Shown here piece after piece: positions 1 to 15,500 of a stretch of DNA of 64,000 bases; position 1 is the stretch's first letter, and each line of letters starts with the position of its first letter. The notes below the pieces were generated by a model that was not told where the DNA came from, did no database searches, and saw nothing but the letters and a program-made list of their open reading frames with translations. Both the position numbers and the translations under genes were made by a program. Source of the DNA: Trichoplax adhaerens (taxonomy: Eukaryota; Animalia; Placozoa); the NCBI RefSeq assembly GCF_000150275.1, contig NW_002060943.1:8502066-8566065 (forward strand), read 5' to 3'.

Positions 1-2264
1 CTAACTTATCTTAAACAGAAGTCAATGTAAAGTTACCACTAAATATTGGTGTTGATATTAATGTTACACTGTACTTCAAATATTGGATTGAACTAAATGT
101 TAACTTACATTCATAGTTACAATTCTATTTTTGGCTTCTTTGTTTGCTATCAATTTAAGAAATATAATGACCAATTTCTTCAATTGATATAAGAATAGTA
201 TTACCTGATTTAGATAATTTATGGATGTATTAATTATGATCATTCTATATTTAAATATCACAATTTAGTGATGGTTCTACCAGGTGTGGAACATTTTGCG
301 GTATTTTTAATGGTATAGAGATGATTGAAACAGATAACGTTCTCGACATGCAGGCCATTATGAAATGTTTATACGCTCAGCGTTGCAAAATCATTTCATC
401 TACGGTATGTTAGGATATTCATCGATCCGATTAATAAAAATAAAGTAATGGTCCCTTTTATAAGATTGTATATTAGCTTCGCTTATATTTATATTTGGCT
501 TTACAACCAATTTTTATAGGAGGAATTAAAGTTAATCTACTCTGTGCTTGGCAATTATATCAAGGTTAATAAATTATAATTAAACTTCAAGCTCACGAAA
601 GGAAAAATATCATTGCTATCTAAAATCAATATTTATAATTATTGATGAAATAAAATTCTGTTATTTTTATCTAACTGCTCATCAAACTATTTCACTCGAA
701 CACATCGAAATTATATTTAGTTTCAAATCACTGTAACTGTTTTATAATTTAAATGGAATATAAACTAGGTTTACAATCTTTATTGCCTTGATATCGACTT
801 AAAAAGCTGAGTTAACTCGTGGTAGCGCATTTAGGTAATTTTATTACGGTATAAAACTCTAATCATCTATTGATCCATTATTATCATATCTAAGTTAGTG
901 AAAAGTCGGTGTAGAAAAATTAATATACGTTATACCTGAAAGTAATGGTCACATTGAGCTATGTTGAAGTCAAAGTAACTTTCTTTCACAGTTATATGTG
1001 TGCACAAGGTATTACAGAACATAGTATTGTCTACATCTGTGAAATATAATATGTTCAACTAAGATATACTTGTTCATATACGGGCAATATTGCAAGAAAT
1101 GCCAAGAATAATAGCTAGATTGTTATCAACGTTAATAGATCAATTGAAAATTAGCTGTTTGTTATATTATAATTATTTATACTTGAAATTTAAGGAATCC
1201 TAATTATGATATAAGAGTGTAAAATAGCATTTTTAATCATTTTAAATTATACGATAATTTAAATCGACATACTTGTACTCTGTCTATGGTCTTATGAAAA
1301 TCATATTTTATTTACTGTACAGTCTTAATTGGTGCATTTTAATATTAATTCGACAATAAATTATATTGAAACTCTTGCCCATTTATTCGCCCCTTCATTG
1401 CCATTTCAAAATATAGTAATAGCAAGGGGGTAAGTTGTTACTGTGATCCAATTCGAAGTATAATAAACGCACAAACTGATTTCAATATAATATAAATTGT
1501 ATGTAAGATTTATCACAGTAAATGTAATCTGTCGCCAATAGCTCAAATGGCATAGTTAGACGCACTTAAAATCTTTAATTTACGGCTTATTAAATTATTA
1601 AGCTGTACTATATTATATTCTGGGATAGCTAAACTGTCTCAAATTTTGTCTTGATTTAGTGCATTGATACCAAGATTGAGTATAATAATAATAATACATA
1701 TCAAAAGGGTTTGCATCTTAAAGGGAAAAGTCGTAATGATTTTCATATTGTATGTAGTATCGTTTAATCAGATACACGTAGTACTGTGATCATGTAAAGA
1801 CTAACATTTACACAATAATGGATCAGCAGTAGGTTACTATCGTGATTTCTCAGTTTAATGGAACATATATAATTTTGAAAACTTTTATGACTATCATGTG
1901 CTTTCAATCATAAATTGTATTTACGCTTCTTTCAGTTGAGGGTAAATCGCTGTAAGTCTAGTAATTAGAAAGTTATCTTTTTTATTATATCGCAAGCTCT
2001 ATGACAAAGAAAAATACTGACACCTTATAATCTACTACACGATGCAATACATGAGGGTGAACGTTCGTCGATACCTAAGCATCCTATAAATCTCTGAAGA
2101 ACTCCAGTTACAGTTCAAACACGTAATAGCAATAAAGGCGACCTCTTAGGTTTAAGTAGGCTTTATTAGTGTATAATCATAATCAAGTTTGTTGTACAAA
2201 TTGTGGTCTACAATGTGTTTTCATTAGATGTTGTTCCCCTATAATATTTTACAATTTATTAAAA

Positions 2265-5200
2265 TTATAAATTTACTAGATTAGCTAGTAATTGTCTAAA
2301 ATCGAAGTTTTGCTCAGTATTGCAATTAAACTTCTGTAACAACATGTTATATTTATCTTGTAAAATGTTGATATTGTTCAAGAACCATTCGGTCATTACA
2401 ACGTCAACTTTTGATGATTTACCTAGAAAATTGTTCAATTATCAAACAAATTTTACGACAATGAAATATAAATGCACCCTACATATGAGATAATAAAATT
2501 TTATAGCAAATTATTAAAAAAATACCTTTTCTCTTATCTTTAATTTTTTCAATAAAAATAGGATTTTCTAGAGAATTCATTGCGAATATGATTTCATTCA
2601 CCTGTTGCTCGATTTTAACTGAAAAAAGGTACTTAAACGCTGATTTTACATTGCCGATCACTTCAGCTCTAAGATCACTATCTCTGCATACCAAGTTTAA
2701 CATGAAAATGCCTAATAAGAAAGAAACTAGTATTAAAATTATAATTTAGTAAATTTAAAACTACTAATACAATAAATCACTGTACCGTTCTTTGATAACA
2801 TATTAGCTACATTCTGAAGCAAGTCTAAAGTTGTGAACTGTTTTGGGGGACAACTCATGCCAGTAGTATTATCTCCGGAATTGACATCAAAAATTACAAT
2901 AGCGTATCTTTTTCCACCTAATAGGAAGGGAGTAGACCAAAGTATTAGTAAATAAAGCAAATGAAATAACTTAAGTAGGTAGCTAATTTAGTAGATTAAT
3001 TTAGTATAAAAATGCATTATACATTCACAAAATGATAAGAGGACCTTCAAGGTCTGCCATACGTGCATAACGATCTATGAATTGAAGACCATCATCAACA
3101 TGGGCATTTAATCTATCGTCAGCTTTGAAGTTAAACCATTTAACTGCGACATCGACAATAGCCTCATCAATGTCTACACAATCCACAGATATCTATTGCA
3201 AACAATAATAAAACATCTCAGCATGCTCTTTCGTTACCATGGAATACCAAACGTTTATCATTCATTTAGACCTGCGGTAACAATTTATGCATGAACATAG
3301 GCAGGTTTCCACCACCCAAGCCAATTAACAATACATTAAATCCGGTATCTAATCATTAATAATTAATAGGATTATACAATTTTATTAACTATTAAGTTTC
3401 TATAGAGGCGAATATTCCCTTGTAAGAAATGTAAAGATAAATATGCTATACTTAACTAACCAAGACTGTCAATCAACTGCTCCATTAGCGATAGCCCGCT
3501 AACAATAACTGCATGATGATTACAAGCGAGATATAAGTGATTAATTTCTTCTCGAGTACTACTGGAATTACTTTTCCCCTTTTTCTTTTTCTTTTTTACT
3601 GTTATGATAGGTGATAATGTGTGATTAATGTTACAATTTTTAATTTCGAACAAAATTAATTGATAATTGATTACCTGTTCTTAGTAGGCCCTCCGACTGG
3701 ACAACATTTTTATTACTTAAAAATAGAAGTCTCCTATATATAGCATTAAGAAAAGACATCGAGTATTACATTGCTGATAATTCTAATAGAACAAGCAGTA
3801 CTTTTATTATGCACCATGTTGCTTCAATGTATGTAATAATAGTCGTTCTATTTTGTATTATTTAAAAGTATTTGCAAATTTTTTAGGGAACATATATAAA
3901 GTTATTAATACTAAATCAGGAACCTAAATTTTTGATTATCAACAATAACGTCTTCTATAATGTATTCTCCACTCAGTTCAGATTTTCCTTCACAGATGAC
4001 TGTCCGATTTCCAAGATTGTCACCTACTGATAAGTATGGAATCTATGAATAAAGGTGAAAATGTAATGAGTTACATAGTAAATTACTAAGGTGTCATAAT
4101 GTGAGTGCCAGTACTACACTAGTTTAATTACTTGATGCTTATGGGACAGCCCATCAGGTTTAAGTTCCAGAACTTTTGCTGAGAGCTCATCCTGAATCGT
4201 CTGCATGTCTTTATATTGATGCCCACGCTGCAAATGAACGACCACCAATCGCTCAAAACCAGCATCTGCAGCTAACTGACTTCGACCAGCGCATGTTGAA
4301 AACATCCACTCCGTCTCTCTATTTCATGAATGAAACAATTTTAGATGCTTTGAAATGATAAATTATTATAGAATGACACATGATGTTTGCTCAATGATGA
4401 CTGTTTTTAGTATTTTTAATGCACAGTAAAAAGGATTAGACTTGGACATGAAAGGATAACAGGACAAGCCCTAAAATAAATTTGGTTATGTTACTACTCA
4501 CAAGAACAGCGATAACATACCTTCCTTCTGGCACAATAAATACAGCGAATTTACCGCTCTTGCTATTAGCACGTGGACTATCGACCAAGGTTAAACTATA
4601 CCGAGGATTGCTGGTGCTATCTTTACCCCACAATTCAATTTGAAATTCTTCTCCAATGCGCAATCTTAATGATACAGTAATAAACGTAAATAATTAACTT
4701 GCTAAAAAGAACTTTTCAAAATTAACTAGAGAGCATTTTATAGAAACAATTACGTATAGCCTGACATGGTTTCATACAACTGGTGGTTATTTTGTAAGGC
4801 CTACTTTGATAAGTGTTTCTGAGCTAATGTGAATATTTGCATGTCTTTAATCGTTGAAATTAGCTTATCCATTGTATCAATCCTTTGATAATTAGTATCG
4901 TCAGTAGCAATTTCATACACCTAATGAATAGATTATACGAGTAAGATAAGATAAGTTTTGATTGAATTACGTTTATGTTTGTAAGGAAAATCTTATAAAA
5001 TTATTCCATCAATTAAAAACTAATTGATGCAACGTTTTTAAATTGAGCTTAAGTCATGAATGATATCAAGTAGAATACAATCAACAAAAAATGTTACCGG
5101 TTTGATAGCTGGCATATTTTCCTTTGGAGGCATCATTTTTGTTAAGACTAATGCAAAAACCTGTAGCTGCAATCCTTGACTCTTTTCAGTTGTCATATCA

Positions 5201-5992
5201 GCAGTTTGTACCTTATGGATTCGAATCATCCATTGTTTGGAAGAGTTAAACCATTCCACGATTGCCTTTAGTGAACGCTCTTGACATAACGATATACAAA
5301 TGTATCGACCATATACGCGAGTAATCCTGTGAACTAGATTAGTTCATGAAAGAATAAATACAGTTGTATATGTATATAGATATATAGTGATTAGAATTAT
5401 TAATCGTCAGCTTGTCTTTATCCTATTCAATTTGTTATCATTTCATGTATTCTGCGCCTTTCCAATATTAATTGTTAATCAAGTGTCCCATTATTATCAG
5501 TATTAGTATTTGCGTTTATGGTCTATCTTTTTAAGTTTGAAAGATAAACTTACTTTCGGTAAACATGGCATTGATACTTTGTTGATCAAGTCCATGCTCA
5601 TCCGCAGTCATAGCATCTAGAGTTCCTTTGTCCAAAATGACATTGAAGTAACCATCATCGAAATGTGTATCTTTAATGTCTAACTTTTGAAAGATTAATT
5701 GTGGGCGTTTATGATGATTTCGATCCGTCATTTGACGTATTACAACATCCGACGTATCAATATTAAGAATATCATGAAAGCCGGCATCATATAGATCTTC
5801 ACTTAGACGCGAATTACCGCAGCCAACATGTAATATCTTATCTTGTTTTCGGCAATATTTATGAAGTAAGACGCAATGATCACTATATTCACCATAATAT
5901 TCGAAGGATTTTTGATCGCGCTTTTTATAGAAACTATCCCAGTAATCTGTCAATGCAAAATCTTGATGCGTTTTCGGAAGTAAATCTGCCAT
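2265..5992 (-). CDS. METTL13: eEF1A lysine and N-terminal methyltransferase (two SAM-MTase domains), multi-exon
   Basis: Exon 1 MADLLPKTHQDF..YWDSFY..ILHVGCGNSRLSEDLYD..LDKGTLDA. Middle exons give FAVFIVPEGRETEWMFS..GRSQLA..AGFERLVVVHL. The second MTase has VLLIGLGGG, VDIDEAIVDVAVKWF, DDGLQFI and IFDVNS..GMSCPP. Exons join through GT-AG introns; stop TAA at 2265-2267. Confidence 0.95.
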
Positions 5993-8900
5993 GTTGATTC
6001 TTGCTTAATTTTCGATTGAATATCAAAATTGACGCTTTTCCCTTGGAATGGTCATTGAAGAGTGTTGAGCGTACCTTTCTAATGGTAATAGCCGCTATGC
6101 AGTCTAATTACGTCAGTTGATATCCAATTAAGTTGTACTCAATGCCCAAGGAAAGACTATTTCATGGATGAATAAATTGAGCCTATAATATATATAATTA
6201 ATAGAGATGATCGTTGGATTGTGTCGGAAGACCTGTAGCTTAATTAATAATGGCAATTGCAATCAACATAATACGATACGAGTATGATAGGATGGGGGCA
6301 AATCAATGAAATTTTATTGCAGTGTGTTGAAACGAATTTATTTATTTGTTCATTTCTTCTTCGCTGTGTATTCGTTAGCAGGTAGAGTATTGCACCATTA
6401 TTGACTTGAGTCTGTCTAATGGAGATCAAGATGATCATCCAACGATTCGAACATGAATCAGCTGATTGCAGGTCAGAACTGTCAATACTGCAGATTTCCT
6501 GCAGTCATACGGTAAAAGTAATGGCTGAGAAAAGTAGAATTGAGGGAAAATAAGTTATCGCGAGCATGTCATTGCGTTTAAGGACTATACGCGTATGGTA
6601 GAGTAATATCGGTGAAGATTATTATCATTTTGAGAAGCGTCTTTACGTTTGTACCTAGTGTACCTATAGGTGAAAATGAGCTGCAGATGGGATCGTATTT
6701 TGTGCAGGTGCTGAGTTGCTGGGTCGTTATTATCGACGTATGCTATCATGATAGTAACTTTCAAGATTGCAAGAATTTCAGCAACTCTATCACTATCTGC
6801 AGTAAACATTTTAATCCTTCTTTCTTACCTTTCTCAAGGTGGTAACCATGGTAGTACAGTGTATGTCGTTAGTAAGAGATTTTCTATCCTTGTCAGGCAG
6901 TGAGCTGAAGCGGTCGTAGAGCGACGTGCAGTATTGTATTCCTGTAGACTATTGGAGTTGACTCGACTTGACTGTGTGACCGTGGTTACGCGTTCTCTAT
7001 GGGTTGACTGCAATTAATGACGTACAGTACTGTATTGTAGTGAAAAGAAAGAGTGTACTGTACAGTACAGTACTGTACTTTCATTTTAGTACTGTACACG
7101 GTATCAGTACAACGGTCTGGACAGATGGAAGAGAGTGGAAGGGCTGAGTAGTGCAGCTACTGTAACACTCTGTAACTAAGGCAAAATAGGTTTTTTTCTT
7201 TCTTTTATCTGATTAATTACTGTATATATTTATTATCATTATTAGAGACAGTATTATTTATTAATGATTCATTCTATAATTGGCCTATAGAGCTTGGACG
7301 GTGAGTTCCAGTATTTACGCGAACAAATCAGTGGCTTGAAAGGAAAAAATCATCCACGTACGTGACTACGGCGGCCCAGATTATTGTACCGTACCACCAC
7401 TCTGAGGTAGTGGCAAAGCCTGGCCTGACGAATACAGTAGATGATGGCGTCTAGTTATGAAGAGCGAACATGACACTCACACTGCACAAGTGCACATGGT
7501 TCAGTAGTAATTACTGACTTGAATAGACACACAACAAGTCAAAGATGGTAGAAAGAGGAATGATAAAATTTCATTATGATTGCACACCGAATTGAATGCC
7601 TGTGAAAGTTCGAAGGTCATTTTGAGAATTCGACAACGTCCACTGAAAGACTGCTCAATACCCAAGGTGCTGATGTGTAGCACAGTATAGTACTGTGGAC
7701 ACTAGCAGTGGTACATTATTTCTGTACTAGTGTACACTACAGGACCGAGGGTCGTGACTGTGTGCCGTGACTGCCGTCTCACTAGAGTGTACAGTGCGCA
7801 GTACAGTCTACAGTGATACAATACTGTACACTGTACACTAAAGTGCCGTGCAGACACATCCATTGATTCCCCCCAAATTTTGTAGTCAGACGGTGTCTTA
7901 AAAAGTCATAAGTGAGTTTTATGACGATAAAGTAGCACTGCATCATCAAACGATTTCAATTGTACCTATAGATAATACCAATTACGTGAATCCTGATTGA
8001 CCTTTTTAACTGGTCCCTGATTGTAACACGCTTAAAGTATTGATAATAATACTTTATGACTTCGATTTTGGAATTTTGAGCAGACTAGAGGTTCAGGGAA
8101 GACAACAACGACATTGTGACTCGTCCCGTCGTCCGTAGTCGTAGACTTGCCGTCGTGAGTCTGGTAGAGTCAGTTCAAAGAGAAAAACTGTGACGTCAGG
8201 AGTGAGTCATAGCTAGTTGCCATACATTGCGACACTGCGATTTAGTACAGTACTATACACTACGGCAGTACTGTACTGTACTGTACCGGGCCATTGATTG
8301 GGTTGACTATTTTAGACCGTAAAAAAATAATGTAGTCGGTATCATCATAAAGAATGAGGGCTGAGCAGTAGGAAACAACAAAATTACTTTCTTATTTAAA
8401 CGTACCTTGCTGGCTGCATCTGCAATAATATCTTCTAAATAAAGTACAAGAAGCAAAGTGGAGAAACTGGTAGAACAATATTCTATACACTGCTTGCTGA
8501 TAGAGTAAGTGTTTGATGAAAAATAGCAAGAAAATACAAACAATTTTCAATCATTTCCTACAGTGCGGTAGTACAGTTAGTTTGTAAACTTGTTCAAAAA
8601 TTTTGAAATTTCTGCTGTGATTATTGTAATAATGATTATACGCGCATCAATCATTTTCATAATAATTAATGACTACAACTCTGCGTACGTTTGCAGCGAC
8701 TATTTCTAATTGGGTACATTGAATTGAAATTCGAACATTTTAGTAACTGCTAGTTAAAGGTAAGTAAGGATTCTTTAAGTCTATAAATATAAATTCATTT
8801 GCCATAATTGCAATTGAACACTTTGAATACGATATTATCATCATTAAACAATTCCTGCCGTCCAGCTTTGAAACACTGGTGCGCTATAGTCTGCAGTGTT

Positions 8901-11900
8901 GCCCCACTTTTTATTTATCTTTTCTACTGAACTGTATACGAAATTCACAGTCAATTTACATCGTTCTTACAAGAAAGGACGTGCATCAGTACATATTAAG
9001 GTATTACCCATGCAGTTGGTATGTGTGCCCTGCAATTGGAAAATGACAGAGTTTTGTAGAATAGGATAATGGCCCCCTTACTCTACTTTCACCGACATTC
9101 AACCCAGCCTGACGATACTACGGTGTGAGTACCATAGTAGTATTACTGTACGAGTGTGCTGTATCCACATCAACGGTCGGTCATTCACGGAACTGTCTAT
9201 TACGCAATGCCGTCGTCTACTGTATCTTGCTTAGAAGTATAGTATGATTTATACTCAATTGAAATAGTAAAACTTACTCCTCGAATAGCCAATAAGTTGT
9301 TGTTGCTTGTAATTATTAGTTACAATTTACTGCAGTAAATTATCTTATTATGTAATCCAGTGCGGCGACATCGATATTATTGTGCATTATTTATTAATTT
9401 ACTATGGACTGTACGGTGCTGGATACTACATCCATACGTTCAACTTTTTCTGGCATGAAATTTCCTCTGCTTCTGATATACAATATTTAGAAAAACTGTA
9501 TGAAACCCTCCATTAGATATAGTAAAAGGAACAAATCAATTCATGTGAACCGATAGATGTTGACAATTTATCAGAGTGACGATTTTATAATGAGCGATTA
9601 CCCTACGTACAGTTGCCCGTTCCTGCTGTTTTTGCGATACATTAATCAATTATAGATATCTCCACATTTATTTTAAATTGTTCGCGATTAATACGCTAAT
9701 TCTTCGCTTATCTTGTCCTATTTATTCCCTACTCTATGCGTTATTATTCTTCGATTGTCTTGTTACAGTTCTGTAGCAGTATTACGTATGAATCGCTGCA
9801 GCTTACTGTGGTGCAGTTATTCGTAGTTGAGCAACAGTGTTTAACTTATTGATTTCACATAATAATAACTCCAAAAATAGGATATACTGTATACTGTACT
9901 GTACACTGTACAGTATATATAGATACACCTACTAACCCTTCTCATTCACTCTACTGTACCTATTGCGTCCAGTCCTCGTATTTTAACTTCTTTGATAATC
10001 GAATGATTGAGATAGTTGAAAAATTGGGTTTGTCATTTTACCTAATACTGTACCATTAATAATATCAAATAGTTATTAGTGTCGCTAGCCATTGAATCCG
10101 CTGATCGTAAAATGCGCAACGACAGTACTGTTATATAACACTCTATACCGATAGCTTGTTAATGCAGTATAGAGCAACAATCCGCTCAACGAGACCCGTA
10201 ATAAGAGGTAAACTTACGTCTGAAGGTATTTAACGATTTGTAATTGTAAAACTACACGATGGTAGTATATAGGTGAACGAATACGTTAAGTTGACTAGAC
10301 TTGGATCAAGTTCACTCCTGCTAATGAATGGTCATGATGAAAGTAAAATTAAAAAAAATTGACTTGAGCTGTCCCAATCAGTGAATACTGCCGAGTCTAT
10401 TCGTATTGCGTACAGTGCAGTGTAGTACTAGATCACAATGTTTTAATGAAGAGAATGCAGAAGTAGCTTACGTGACAATTGCACTTACAATATAAATAGT
10501 AATCGTTGCTCATCTTCTGAAATTCATTTGATAATTTATAATTTAGTGACCAATGTGCCTCACTATCGTTCATACCCAATACACTAATATTACTGAAAAA
10601 TTAGGCTGTATGGTATCTGTATAGCTTCGGTATTTCCGAGGTACGATGCTACATCTGTCTTCCATTCTGAATTGCAAATGATCGTGATAATATTGAATTA
10701 ATTACGCACTTTTGTACTGTTCTGTACAAATGTATTCAATGTCAACTAGACCGTCTACAATAATGGTGCACTTTACTAAACGCGTTACGAACTTATGATA
10801 GCATGCTGCTTCTATTTATGATGTTACAGATGAAGCGGCTGTCTACATGCATAGTATAGCGGTCTAAAAATTGTATGAAGGACTTTCATTTTTTTGGAAA
10901 GTCCGTAAGTACGCATACGTAAAATTTACCTTTTACCTACTGTACATTGAATTAATTTCCACGTTCCGTATTTATCTCGCCGCTCTGTATTATGTTAACG
11001 AGCTAAGGTTCGTTTTAGTTATAAGGTTGAGGCAATCTGATATCAGCCTTTCGTTTAGGATAGAAATAAAGTTGTCATATAAAATTACAGGAAGCGCATG
11101 GCGTTAACAGGATGTTCAGCTTCATGATATAATTACATACAGATTATTGGTATATTAAATTCAGTCCTGCAGTAACACCGTTTCAACTTGAAGGATTTAT
11201 CGTGTCACTTTAAAGTTGTCTTTGTAGTAAGCATTGTAATGCACTAGTTTCTATCTCATAGTTATGGTATATCGTCTACATACGCTTATAACACGTCGGA
11301 TATTAATTATGTCAATTATGCATTATCGCTTACGGTATTATTTCAATTAAATTTAAAAAAATTCTAGAAGAATCGTAAACAGTACTGTACAGTACATTTA
11401 CTGTAATAACTTTTTATCAAAATAATTGTCTTGCATTTATCAATTAGCGGTTAAATTTCAGGGTGAGAACGACGAAAGCAATCTTATACGATTATAGCAT
11501 AGTATTGAGTGGGGAATTTCAGTAACCCGTCAAAAACTTCATTTTTTTCTAGTCTACTACATTGTCTGAAGTTGGTCATTTCTCGGAATTGAAGACTAGA
11601 GTAATTGTACAGTATACTACTTTGTTTTCTGTTGGACCTTCTTCGTACCTATTATGCACAATTACTACTAGTGTGAGAGTAAAAACTTTGTGTGTTTTAT
11701 GTGACTCAAATACGGCATGCAACGCTGCTACACTGCTCTATACCACAAAAGACCCCTAGAATCGTTGTTGGAAACTCGAACCGATTATGCATGTCTGTTC
11801 TTGTCGCTCCAACTTTGAATTCTTGTTTCCACTCCTGCAGACAAGTTTGGTACAAAGTCGTAGTAAAAACAAACAACCTAAGCCTTGCGATGGCCTTTAC

Positions 11901-12523
11901 CGTTTTGAAATTAATTCTATAGAATCCTCACTACACCATCCAGCCACATTGGTACAGTCTGGTACAGGAGTCAAAAATTCATACGGAGACCTTTCGTAAA
12001 CTGCATAGGATTTTGGAAAACAAAAAGCGTACACGTACAGTACAATCCCTTACAGTACTATGTACTACGGTACCAAGGGACAGCACTCAAAACACTGTAC
12101 TGTACTGTACTTTACCATGAACCCATAGTAACTACTGTACAGAGTACAGTATATTCCAGCACTAATAATGACAGTACTGTACACTGTATGGATACAATAT
12201 AGTAAATTAATCCAGTTTGCAATTACTGCACCGTACTGTACCGATACATTATAGACTTACCATGTTGATCAGTTGTATTGCAGATCATATAGTAATTCAC
12301 TTCGAAATTTTCAATTCTACTGTCGTTATCCGTCTATTTCTGATAATGACAATATTTATTATGCAATATTATCGTTCCTGTGATTTTCACTAAATCTATA
12401 TTATAGTAATGAATCAAAAATGCTCTTATTTTCTTCCATCAAATTATTGAAGAGCTCAGGTAAAAGTCGATCTTTCCTGCTGTTGTTGTGGCCTGCATCG
12501 TAAATCAAGTGCTAAGCTAAGGA

Positions 12524-15500
12524 ATGCCGCGAAAAAAGCAGGTCAACCAGCATGATACTATTATGACTAACTTATAAAGATTTCAAAATTAGTATTAGTA
12601 AGCATACATCGAGACGTTACTATTGAAGATACCATACTCTACCACTATTTTGTGCTTATAACACTGCAAAGAATCAAGTATTTGCTCCAGTTTTAGCAAA
12701 GTCTTGCAGTAAAAACCAATATATCTGTAATGATATAGGGGATCCATGATAATTTTATTTTCGTATCTGCCTTAACAATACTGTCGCAATAAACAAATTT
12801 GATATAAGGTACCTTGGTTGATTGTTATTTTATAATTTAGGTCAGTCATGATGATAACGTTGCTAGTGGAATCAAAAGAAAGAATACTGACGAAGACGAA
12901 ATGCTATTGCATAGCGTCATCGATGATGAGGTACTTATATAGGTTTTTGTATTGCAATGATTAGTTCTAATCAGCTAAATTTAACTACACTGTATATACT
13001 CTGTGTAAACAAATGAATTTTGTGTAGTTCTTCCTGATTGATGAAACTACCTTATCCTAACACTGTGTAACAGATTCTATTAATTATTTACACTGTGAAC
13101 TAACTGTTAATATCTCAATCTAAACAAAACTATTCACTGATGATTTACAACTGTTGTAATAACTCTTAAATTATAATTGTGTAATATTAACCAATAGAAT
13201 GAATGAGTTGTTACATCGTCTTATGTTTGCCACTAGTATACAACTAGAAATACTACTAATTGATGACGCTAATTTATTATTAAGGAACTACTGTGCTAAA
13301 TTTGTACTTCGTGTTAACTCTGTATTTGCAAGTCTATTGGATATGCTTTACTTTTTATTAATTATTTCTCATTTATTTGTTTCAGTTTGAATGTCATAAT
13401 TCTCATGGATTATTTTCGTCATTTAAGTATATTTTCTGGAAGGTGAGATTATATAATACGCATATTGATACTATAATACTTGATAAGGTAATAGACAATG
13501 TATTTGATTAAAAATTATTGAAATAAGGTAGTAAATTAGTTGTTTTACGTGTGCCGCAATTTTGACGATTAGGATGATTCGCAAATGGCCAAACGCTTCC
13601 GAAATGACGTAAAGAGTGCTGGAGAGGTAAATTACAATATGATATAATATATTGATTTTTCGAAGTGATGCAATCATTTGTTAATATGCGAAAATAACTT
13701 CGTGGTATTTCTGACAAATAATGTATCTAAAATTGTCCCTTCAGGATTTTGATGACCTAGGGATGTACCCAGATTACCTAGATACTGATGACGGTAAACA
13801 ATTAATAATTGGAATGAACTTAAGCAGCATTTGTTTAATATAATTCCCAATACATAGTCCCACAATTCTATAATGTTTAGTAATTGTATAAGAATTATTT
13901 TTAACCTGGAAGTAGAACGATACTATACAGTTTGTTTGATTTTTGCTATCTTTCAAATTTGCTGGCAATGTGCTAAGATTGTTGTTGTTGCGCTATTACT
14001 TTTTCAACTATAGGTGATTCCGATACCAGTTATGATGAATCTAGCGAACAAGGGTACAATTTATGATAGTAAAACTGTCCTTTAAATTAGATGTACTCAA
14101 CGTTCGAAAATAAATTTTTTTATTTAGGAAATCTTTTATGGACGCTATTCTTTCTCCAGTTTTATCCTTGCTAAGTCAAAATAGTAAGTTACATCGTTGG
14201 ATTTACTTTATAACAAAAATATTAAAATTGTAACATTATCTGAATTAATTCTTAGATGGCTTTAGAGATCGCTTTGATATCGATGATAGCCTTGCTATAA
14301 AAACTAGCGATAAAGAACGTGATGAGGATTCTTTGAGGAAATTAGAAGACAATTGTATGATATCCAGTTGTAAGTAGAACAACATTATATTTGAACCTGT
14401 TGATAAATCAATTGTAGTTAAGATTAGATATCTTGTGTGTAAGAATGGACTTGCTCTTATACAAATATAAAATTGTGTTAGGTGAAAATTGTGTGCAAGA
14501 ATTTGTAATGAATGATGATGATAGCGCTATTTCTTCAAATGATAACACTAACAAGGTAAATTAATCACTATCTAAGTGATTTCTTAAGATAGTACAGTGC
14601 CATTCTGAGAAAATTTATTTACTTTTCATTCAAAACTGCAATCATCCTCTAAATATACTTCTTTATATTTGTCTAAACGATGCAAAATGTTTGTATTCAT
14701 TTCTAGGAAATAGTTCAGTCGAGTTATTCGCCTGAGCTAGAAGTTGATCCTGAAATCTTTGATCCGTAAGTAAAATTATTTTACCTGTAACTATTACTAG
14801 TTAATTTGTCGTAGTTAAATAGGACCGTTCTTTGCCAAGGTATTTATTTATAAGAGATCTGCCACCCCTATCAGATGAGATGAAAAGGCGGACACCAGGT
14901 TAGGGAAGGAATGCTTTATTAATTTTAGTAACAAGTAAGATTTGTAGTAAAACATTTACGATGAAACTTATCCGATTGTTTGTATTATAGTTTTGCCTTT
15001 GAAAACCAGAGGAACTCCAGAATTTACTTTAGTAATCGATTTGGTAAGATAAGCCATGGACATATTTGTGTTTACAAATTATGAATTCCTATATTTCCTG
15101 GAACGTACCAGAATAATCTATTGAAGCAACTGTTTGAATTATCTCTTTCAATGTAGGACGAAACATTGGTCCATTGTAGTCTCAGCTTGCTGGAAGACGC
15201 AAATTTACATTTTCCTATATATTTTAAAAACAATAATTATGATGTAGGTTATATTTTTTCTTAGGCACAAATTGTCTTAAATATGGAGATTAAATCTTCT
15301 TTTGTTGAAAATGTTTCAGGTATACGTGCGACTTCGTCCTTATTACAGGGAATTTTTAGAACGCGTTTCCAAAATATATGAAGTGAGCGAAATGATTAAC
15401 AGAGCTTACGACATAGAAATAGATTATACCAACACAAAAATTTATCCGCTTATTTCGTTTAACCAGTTCTTATTCTATTATCTTTCTTACAGGTTATATT

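Noticed and set aside
1531-1600. tRNA-like start (gccaatagctcaaatgg)
   Set aside because: No T-loop GTTC motif or acceptor-stem partner follows.
11562-11999. Three overlapping short + strand ORFs as CTDSPL2 N-terminal exons
   Set aside because: No recognisable similarity and no convincing splice path to the frame starting at 12524.
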